Shown one piece after another: positions 57,644 to 64,000 of a DNA stretch of 64,000 nt. Below the pieces are notes generated by a model. The model saw only the letters and a program-made list of their open reading frames with translations. It was not told the origin of the DNA and did not search any database. The position numbers were made by a program, and so were the translations under genes. Origin of the DNA: Thermoplasmatota archaeon (GTDB taxonomy: Archaea; Thermoplasmatota; JAKEGO01); the NCBI GenBank assembly GCA_028279595.1, contig JANQNK010000001.1, forward strand, positions 1 to 64,000, given 5' to 3'. Within the stretch, counting starts at the first letter, position 1. The number at the start of each line of letters is the position of its first letter.

Positions 57644-58993
57644 ATGAGACGGGTGCTGATGGTCGGAGTGGTATTGCTGTTCCTAATTATTATTTCTGGA
57701 ACAGAAGGAAATCCAATTTACATTGATGTGGATGCAGATGTCGAAATTGAAGACGGTTCTATTCAAAACCCTTATTCCACAATCCAGAAAGGAATCGATA
57801 ATGCAACTGCAAATGATAACATAATCATTCGGGCAGGGAATTATCGCCAATTTAGAATCAATGGTTTGAGATCATTGCAGATCTATCCGTACGGATATTA
57901 CAATGATAGTCTAGAATCAGTTACTGTATTCATTCCTCGACACAATAGATCAATCTTCATACATAACTCGACCAATATATTCATTCATGGATTGAATATT
58001 CTAGCTGAAAACGCTTATAATGGCCGTGGGGTCTATATTAACGCCAGTAACAATATTTCAATATCAAACATATCAATCTCACACCATCATTTCGATGGAG
58101 TCCAGATACGAGCTTCCGATTCTATCAAAATTTCGAACTCGAGATTTTACGATTGTGCAAAGGCAATCAAGATTCTCACTTACAATTCCTCCTCGATAAC
58201 CATTGATAATAACACTATAAGTGATTCCACAAATGGCATAAAACTTTTTCATACTCAAGGTGTCATAGTAAATAATAATTCGATTTTTCAATGCTACAGG
58301 GGAATCTATATAGATGAATCGTACAACAACGTTATAACAAACAATGAATTCTATAATAACTCACATTCAGGAGTGACAATTCTCAATAATTCATATAACA
58401 ATTCAGTCTTCAATAATCAATTCGTTAATAATGGGGATCACAATTCACAAGGGATTGATCATGGTGTAAACAACAGTTGGGACGATGGTGCATATGGGAA
58501 TTGGTGGTCAGATTACTCTGGTATCGATATTGATGGAAATGGAATTGGTGATGAACCTTATCACATCAATAGCTCATACAATGTTGCAGACCGATATCCA
58601 TTAATGGATACTACCAACATTTTCACCGTTACGTTATTTATCAATCCCAATCCATCCGTTCAGGGCCAGCTTGTAGACATAATCCTGTCAATAGAGCAAG
58701 ACGTCGATTGGGTAAGCATGAGAGTCTACCTTCACATTGATGGTGACCTTCACGATAGTTTCATGACAGACTTGAATGGAACGATAATTCACCATTTTAC
58801 ATGGAAGGCTTCAAGCAAAGGCACACACGAGATCCGAGTAACCATGGAGGGCGTCGTCACAGAAGAAGTCAACAGGACTATCGAAGTTCGTCCCTCCACA
58901 TCTGATAGCTCTACCTCAATCCCCGACTACGCGTATTTTATATTGGCCGCTACGACGGTCTTCCTCGCTACATACCGACGAAGATCCTTCTAA
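57644..58993 (+). CDS. AT-rich parallel beta-helix (NosD-like) protein with Ig-like domain and IPDY-TM-basic tail
   Basis: DGSIQNPYSTIQKGID, WDDGAYGNWWSDY..DEPY, tail IPDYAYFILAATTVFLATYRRRSF; C-terminal third is similar to 166..3573. Confidence 0.85.
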   Translation: MRRVLMVGVVLLFLIIISGTEGNPIYIDVDADVEIEDGSIQNPYSTIQKGIDNATANDNIIIRAGNYRQFRINGLRSLQIYPYGYYNDSLESVTVFIPRHNRSIFIHNSTNIFIHGLNILAENAYNGRGVYINASNNISISNISISHHHFDGVQIRASDSIKISNSRFYDCAKAIKILTYNSSSITIDNNTISDSTNGIKLFHTQGVIVNNNSIFQCYRGIYIDESYNNVITNNEFYNNSHSGVTILNNSYNNSVFNNQFVNNGDHNSQGIDHGVNNSWDDGAYGNWWSDYSGIDIDGNGIGDEPYHINSSYNVADRYPLMDTTNIFTVTLFINPNPSVQGQLVDIILSIEQDVDWVSMRVYLHIDGDLHDSFMTDLNGTIIHHFTWKASSKGTHEIRVTMEGVVTEEVNRTIEVRPSTSDSSTSIPDYAYFILAATTVFLATYRRRSF

Positions 58994-59069
58994 CGGCAAA
59001 GGATATATCACTTATCAGTTACCACGATTTCGGGAAATCTTATCTAAGACCCCTGTCCTACGAAGTTTC

Positions 59070-59831
59070 ATGCGAGCCGTTCCGCTCATCATCGTGACCG
59101 TACTGATACTCACTGCATTCACAGGATGCGTCGAAGAGGGTTCCGACTCGAAGGGCCGTGCTCCCGTCGGTGATTACAACAAGAAACTGCTGAGGGACAG
59201 CCCTTACCCGGACCTCGTCATCGAGATCGATTACGTCGAGGGATTCCAGCCCTCTAACAGCGCCGTACAGCTCCTGAAGCATCGCATCAACGAGAACAGC
59301 GACAAATCGACCGTTTCCGTCAGCCAGAGCGCCTTCGCCTCCGACGACGATGTCTACACACTTAAGGAGATCAAGAACCTCGAGTCCAGGCACAGGACGA
59401 AGAAGACCGGCGGAGATACGATCGTCGTTCACATCCTCTACCTGAACGGACGGTACTCGGAGAGCAACAACGTCCTCGGGATCGCCTATTACGCGGACGC
59501 ATTCTGCCTCTTCAAGGAGCGCATCGAGGACGTGGCCACCACGGGGATAGACAATCCTTTCCTCGTTTCCGACGAGGACATCGAGGAAGCCGTGATCGTC
59601 CACGAGTTCGGCCATCTCCTCGGACTCGTCAACATGAACTACGAGAGCGAACGGGACCACGAGGACCCCGATCACAAGCATCACTGCGTCCACGAGGACT
59701 GCGTCATGAACGCGCAGATCGAGACCAATGCCATCTCGAACCTCATCAATACGGGCGGGACGTCGAACAAACCTCCGACGGACTTCGACCCCGACTGCAA
59801 ATTCGACCTGAACAAACTCAGGAACGGATGA
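59070..59831 (+). CDS. Lipoprotein zinc metalloprotease (metzincin/archaemetzincin-like)
   Basis: Lipobox-like LTAFTGC; HEFGHLLGL; H..HC....CVM Met-turn. Confidence 0.82.
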   Translation: MRAVPLIIVTVLILTAFTGCVEEGSDSKGRAPVGDYNKKLLRDSPYPDLVIEIDYVEGFQPSNSAVQLLKHRINENSDKSTVSVSQSAFASDDDVYTLKEIKNLESRHRTKKTGGDTIVVHILYLNGRYSESNNVLGIAYYADAFCLFKERIEDVATTGIDNPFLVSDEDIEEAVIVHEFGHLLGLVNMNYESERDHEDPDHKHHCVHEDCVMNAQIETNAISNLINTGGTSNKPPTDFDPDCKFDLNKLRNG

Positions 59832-60359
59832 TCAGGCGATCCTCTTGTAATCCTGCGGATACCTTCTCGAGGCCAGGTCGGCGTAGAGTCCCTTGAACTC
59901 CGTCCACTGCTTGATATAACTGTCACTTACGTCGGCGACTATCTTTGCAGGTACACCGGCGACTATCTTCCTCGCGGGGACGACGTCCTTGTTCTTGACG
60001 ACCGCCCCTTCCGCTACAACGGCCCACTCCCCCACCTGGGCGTAGTCGCTGACCACAGCACCCATTCCTACGACGACCCAGTCCTCGAGGGTGGCATTGT
60101 GGATGATGCAGCCGTGGCCGAGTGTGACCTTCTTCCTGATGGTGCACCTCTCGTCCGGCCTGGCATGGATGACGGTATTATCCTCGACGGCGGTCCCGTC
60201 ACCGATGGTAATGGTACCGTAATCCCCGCGTATCCGAGCTCCAGGGGCGATGAAGCAGTCGGCCCCGATGGTCACGTCGCCGATCACGGTGGCGTCCTCG
60301 CAAACGTACGATCCCCTTCCGATGGTCGGCCTCCTGTCACCGAGCTCGTAGACTGCCAT
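59832..60359 (-). CDS. Gamma-carbonic anhydrase family (YrdA/CaiE-like) protein
   Basis: IRGDYG, VEDNTVIH, LGHGCIIH, AGVPAK. Confidence 0.9.
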   Translation of the reverse strand: MAVYELGDRRPTIGRGSYVCEDATVIGDVTIGADCFIAPGARIRGDYGTITIGDGTAVEDNTVIHARPDERCTIRKKVTLGHGCIIHNATLEDWVVVGMGAVVSDYAQVGEWAVVAEGAVVKNKDVVPARKIVAGVPAKIVADVSDSYIKQWTEFKGLYADLASRRYPQDYKRIA

Positions 60360-60472
60360 TGTGTCACCGTCCGTCCAAGGACCGGTTCGGATATAATGTT
60401 TGCTCCGACAGGTGTCGGGGGGAAATGGTTTATGCCCCCGTTCCCCTATCCTTGCAGGACTCGGGTGATAGC

Positions 60473-61261
60473 ATACCGGAAAAGCAATTCGCAGTAGGGA
60501 TCGACCTCCACGGCACGCTTCTCGACGACAGATGGGCGATCAGGTCCGACCTTATGGATCCACTCATCGGAGCCATGGACTCCGTCCTGGACATCTGCAA
60601 CATCTACGTCTGTTCCGGCAACGACCTCACATTCATCGAGAAGTACGTCCCCACCGACGTAAGGAAACGGTTCAAGGGATACATCCTCGAGACCGGATGC
60701 GTCCTCTCCGACGGATTCGAGGAGGCGATCCTCGTCCACGCCGATGACGTCGAGGACATCAAGAAGCTAGAGAAGGCCCTGTGGAGGGAGGGCATCCCGA
60801 ACGTCCGGTACTTCGCCAGACGTCTGGCCACCGTCAGCATGTTCACCCGGGACGAGAAGGAGGGAACCCGTCCCGAGGAGATATTCGAACGCGTGAAGGA
60901 GCTCGTCCGGCACATCGGATATGCCAGGAAGGTCTACGTGACCCATTCCAACGTGGCCGTCGACATAATACCGGTCGGATACGACAAGTTCACCGCCCTT
61001 GACTATGCGGCGAAGGGGCTCGGGACCATCGGGATCGCGGACTCCCTCAACGATTCGCACCTCATTCTCAACGCCACCTACGGCTTCGTACCTAGGAACG
61101 CCTCTCCTGCCCTGCTGCAGCTGATCGGAGGCGAGGGGAGGCAGACCGCTGTCATGAGCTCGTCGGACCCCACCCCGGGCGAGATCAGGATAAGCGACCG
61201 GGAGAGCACCGAATGTGTCATCGAAGTGCTCCGTTATATCGACGAGAACCTGCGTCACTGA
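60473..61261 (+). CDS. HAD-superfamily (Cof/SPP-like) hydrolase, probable ATA start
   Basis: Motif I IDLHGTLL, motif II CSGN, ETG, DK, IADSLND; GGTGA RBS 4 nt before ATA 60473 (alternative ATG 60425). Confidence 0.8.
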   Translation: MPEKQFAVGIDLHGTLLDDRWAIRSDLMDPLIGAMDSVLDICNIYVCSGNDLTFIEKYVPTDVRKRFKGYILETGCVLSDGFEEAILVHADDVEDIKKLEKALWREGIPNVRYFARRLATVSMFTRDEKEGTRPEEIFERVKELVRHIGYARKVYVTHSNVAVDIIPVGYDKFTALDYAAKGLGTIGIADSLNDSHLILNATYGFVPRNASPALLQLIGGEGRQTAVMSSSDPTPGEIRISDRESTECVIEVLRYIDENLRH

Positions 61262-61866
61262 CCCTTCAGGTCGCGCCAGGTCAGGACGCCCCTGTGGATC
61301 GCCGTTACCTGTCCCGCGACCGCGAACAGTATCATGACCATCTCGAAGACCGTGAAATGATAGAGTTCGAAAGAATACTCCAAGGCAGCGTACTGGAAGA
61401 TCGGCGCCAGGATCAGAATGACCATCCTCTCCGCCCTCCCCATGATGCCCGAATAGTTGCGCTTCTTGGTCAGGGCATGCGCCTGGACCCCGAGGTACGA
61501 GACAAGGAGAACGCTCACTATGGCCACGAGTCCGATCTCCGGCCTGCAGTAGGGCCCTATCGCTATCGCACCTATGATGAAGACATCCCCGTAGCGGTCC
61601 AGGACGTGGTCGAGGAAATCACCTCGCTTGGACGCCCGCCCGGTGGCCTTCGCCACCTTGCCGTCCACGGCGTCGAAGCCTGACGACATCAGTATGAAAA
61701 TGCTGGCGAGAAGAAGGTACCACTCGCCCTTGTAGAGGAACAGGCCCGCGACGATCGCCGTCACGAGACCGAGCCACGTCAATGTGTTCGGATTGAATCC
61801 CATGAACGGTTTGGCTATCCCGGACACGACAGGGTCGGCATTCTTCCTGTACTTGTCCAGGGCCAA
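61255..61866 (-). CDS. CDP-alcohol phosphatidyltransferase (archaeal phospholipid synthase, AIP synthase/PgsA-like)
   Basis: PNTLT, DAVDGKVAK...GDFLDHVLDRYGD signature; TTG start after GGTGA. Confidence 0.92.
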   Translation of the reverse strand: MALDKYRKNADPVVSGIAKPFMGFNPNTLTWLGLVTAIVAGLFLYKGEWYLLLASIFILMSSGFDAVDGKVAKATGRASKRGDFLDHVLDRYGDVFIIGAIAIGPYCRPEIGLVAIVSVLLVSYLGVQAHALTKKRNYSGIMGRAERMVILILAPIFQYAALEYSFELYHFTVFEMVMILFAVAGQVTAIHRGVLTWRDLKGQ

Positions 61867-61870
61867 TGGA

Positions 61871-63202
61871 TCACCCTTTTCTGACCGCAGCCACAACGCG
61901 GTCCACTATCGCGCCCGAGTTACCGACGTAGGTCGCCGGATCGAGGAGCTCCTCGAGGTCCTCCGCCGTCATAAGTGTGCCGATGGTCTCCTCGGCAAGG
62001 AGGTCCTTGGCGAAGTCGCCACCGACGAGCGCTGCCTTCCTTACGAGTTCGTGCGCGTCCTGACGGCCTATCCCACGCTCGACGAGGGCCATGATGACCC
62101 TCTCGGCCATGACCCGTCCGCCGGACATGGAGACGTTCTCGGCCATCCGGTCCGAGTCGACGATGAGGTTCCTGAACAGGTTGGTCGTCTTGTGGACGAC
62201 GTCGTCCGTCAGTATCGCTACATGCGGTATCACGAACCTCTCGGCCGAGCTGTTCGAAAGGTCCCTCTCGTGCCACTGGACCGCGCCCTCCCAGGCGGGT
62301 GTGAGGAATCCCCTGATGACCCGTGCCAGGCCGGTGATGTTCTCGCAGACGATCGGGTTGCGCTTCTGGGCCATAGTGGAGCTCCCGACCTGCTTCTCCG
62401 CGTGGAAGTACTCCATAACCTCGCCGATCTCTGTCCTCTGGAGGTTCCTGATCTCTGTGGAGAACTTCTCTATCGTCGCGGAGATGTTCGCACAGAGTGA
62501 TACGAACTCGATCATCCGATCCCGCTGGACGATCTGCGTAGACGCCCGCTCGGCTGTAAGTCCGAGGAGCTTCATGACGTGCTTCTCGACGGCGAGCCCG
62601 TTCGGCCCCATGGCGGCCATGGACCCGACCGCACCGGACATCTTGCCCACACAGAGGCGGGGAGTCAGCTCATCCAGCCTCTGAATGTGCCTGTGTACCT
62701 CGTCGGCGTAGACGGCCATCTTCAGGCCGAACGTGATCGGTACAGCATGCTGTCCGTGTGTCCGTCCTATCATCAGCGTGTCCCTGTGCTCGACGGCCAG
62801 GTCAACGAGGGCTCCCCTCAGCTCCTCCAGCTCGATCCTGAGGATCTCCAGGTAGGACTTGAACTGAAGCCCCGAGGCAGTGTCCACTATGTCGTATGAC
62901 GTGGCTCCAAGGTGGATGTAATGCCCGGCGTCCCCGCACTGCTCGGAAAGGGCCTTCACTATGGCCATGACGTCGTGCTTGATCTCGGCCTCGATCTCGT
63001 CGACGCGCTCTATCTTGACCTTACCCTCGGCGACGGCCTTCTCGATGTCGTCAGCTGCCTTCACCGGGACCATCTCGAGCTCGGACTGCGCCCTCGCGAG
63101 GGCCGCCTCGACCTCGAGGTAGTAACGAACACGTCTCTCGTGAGAGAAGATATCCTTGACGACGTCCCTTCCATACCTGAAATCCAGCGGGCAGACGGGC
63201 AT
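61871..63202 (-). CDS. purB: Adenylosuccinate lyase
   Basis: CPLDFRYG, KHDVMA, HLGATSYD, GRTHGQHA, GSSTMAQKRNP, HERDLSNS. Confidence 0.95.
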   Translation of the reverse strand: MPVCPLDFRYGRDVVKDIFSHERRVRYYLEVEAALARAQSELEMVPVKAADDIEKAVAEGKVKIERVDEIEAEIKHDVMAIVKALSEQCGDAGHYIHLGATSYDIVDTASGLQFKSYLEILRIELEELRGALVDLAVEHRDTLMIGRTHGQHAVPITFGLKMAVYADEVHRHIQRLDELTPRLCVGKMSGAVGSMAAMGPNGLAVEKHVMKLLGLTAERASTQIVQRDRMIEFVSLCANISATIEKFSTEIRNLQRTEIGEVMEYFHAEKQVGSSTMAQKRNPIVCENITGLARVIRGFLTPAWEGAVQWHERDLSNSSAERFVIPHVAILTDDVVHKTTNLFRNLIVDSDRMAENVSMSGGRVMAERVIMALVERGIGRQDAHELVRKAALVGGDFAKDLLAEETIGTLMTAEDLEELLDPATYVGNSGAIVDRVVAAVRKG

Positions 63203-63295
63203 GCTATCGGCCCCGGATTGCGGTGTGTCTGTAAAAAGGTTGTTCCCGGCAATTCGCCGTCCGGTCGGATGGGATGACGCGGTGACGGGGGATAT

Positions 63296-63420
63296 CCGCG
63301 CTCGCCCCCGACCCCGTCGTGGGACCAACGCGTCTCACCAACACTGTCGATGGAGCGCGTCCCACCAAATTGCAGTGCCGACGCGCTCGATGACGCCTCT
63401 CTTGGTCATCCACGCGTCTC
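63296..63420. repeat. Chained array of GCGCTC-hairpin-ACGCG elements (F +, G -, C +)
   Basis: F 63296-63336; inverted G 63328-63361 (ACGCG-CTC-CATCGAC-agt-GTTGGTG-AGA-CGCGT on the minus strand); C 63380-63420. Confidence 0.8.
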
Positions 63421-63439
63421 AAGCAAGCTGGAATATGTG

Positions 63440-63477
63440 AAAAATATCGGAGGACATCCGTCTCCGGATGCCGCTCC
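63440..63477 (-). terminator. Hairpin (GAGA tetraloop) plus T-tract downstream of the 63497 gene
   Basis: Minus strand GGAGCGGCATCCG-GAGA-CGGATGTCCTCC followed by GATATTTTT. Confidence 0.55.
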
Positions 63478-63496
63478 TTTGAAAAACGGGTCCGGC

Positions 63497-63706
63497 TCAG
63501 TCGCTTATCTGACTGATGCTCGTGACCTCTTTCTCGCCCTCCATGACCGCTCTTACGTGGTCGATGTTGACGACGAGTCCTACGAACTCCTCTCCGTCCT
63601 TGGAGAGGTAGCGCTGGGCCTTGTCGAAGGCATCGGCGGATAGGTTCACCTTGAGTGCGCCTCCCGCGTTGCTCTTCCGAATGTAGCCCATGAGCATTGA
63701 GTTCAC
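63497..63706 (-). CDS. Small conserved hypothetical protein (69 aa)
   Basis: GTG start after GGAGGTGA; MNSMLMGYIRKSNAGGALKVNLS...KEVTSISQISD; host-like codons. Confidence 0.78.
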   Translation of the reverse strand: MNSMLMGYIRKSNAGGALKVNLSADAFDKAQRYLSKDGEEFVGLVVNIDHVRAVMEGEKEVTSISQISD

Positions 63707-63920
63707 ATGTCTCACCTCCGTTTCCTTCTTCGGCCGCCGGCAACGGTCTCGGCGGCATTCCGCGATGATCGGAGGTATTGATATGGTTTCACGGGGGAGG
63801 ACGAGGAAAGTGAAAATGATGATGCAACATCCCAATGAGAGATTTTCATCCGAGCTATCTCAATATTTCACAATATACCTATTGTGACATTAATATACGA
63901 ATAACTCAATCCCGTGCCGG

Positions 63921-64000
63921 ATGGCAACAGACTTAGTTATACTTGGATTGGCGACCTGCGTCGGCTTCTACATGGCGTGGAACATCGGCGCGAACGATGT
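63921..64000 (+). CDS. Inorganic phosphate transporter (PiT family), 5' part only
   Basis: MATDLVILGLATCVGFYMAWNIGAND (GAND PiT signature); ATTAATATA TATA upstream; runs off the window. Confidence 0.8.
   Translation, partial: MATDLVILGLATCVGFYMAWNIGAND

Noticed and set aside
60403-60422. Hairpin CTCCGAC-aggt-GTCGGGG similar to the inner stem of the repeat family
   Set aside because: It lacks both CGCG arms; at most a remnant, so not counted.
63296-63420. CRISPR array interpretation of the chained repeats
   Set aside because: The constant part is only 5-9 bp, the inserts are self-complementary, orientation is mixed and there are no cas genes.
1-64000. Stop-codon readthrough (Sec/Pyl), programmed frameshifts, inteins, transposases
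   Set aside because: Recognised genes appear full length and uninterrupted; none of these was seen by eye.

Overview
Archaeal chromosomal window, most likely an uncultured Thermoplasmatota (Thermoplasmata) lineage. Clues are archaeal uS12/uS7/EF-2, RFC, XPD, DtdA, a very long AglB, a DUF6015-like gene, GGTGA ribosome-binding sites and TATA promoters. The backbone is GC-rich housekeeping DNA (mutS, pyrF, ribK, rps12-rps7-fusA, aglB, truA, thiolase, pycAB, PEPCK, rfcS, purB) mixed with many secreted or membrane-anchored surface proteins. The first ~6.9 kb is AT-rich, encodes giant parallel beta-helix proteins, and ends at two copies of a tRNA-Ala 3' end (att-like), so it looks like the right end of a tRNA-integrated island. 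The most unexplained signal is a family of ~37-39 bp intergenic elements, ACGCG-CTC-[variable but always paired hairpin]-AA-CGCGTCTC. It has 7 clear copies plus inverted or degenerate ones at six loci, including a chained array at 63.25-63.42 kb. The copies show compensatory stem changes and lie upstream of predicted TATA boxes. Other points: a gamma-carbonic-anhydrase/SerK-like ParB fusion, an IPDY variant of the archaeosortase C-terminal signal, a probable AUA start codon, an unannotated 46-aa ORF, and a ~50-aa insertion in the XPD FeS domain. All assignments come from motif recognition by eye; no searches were run.
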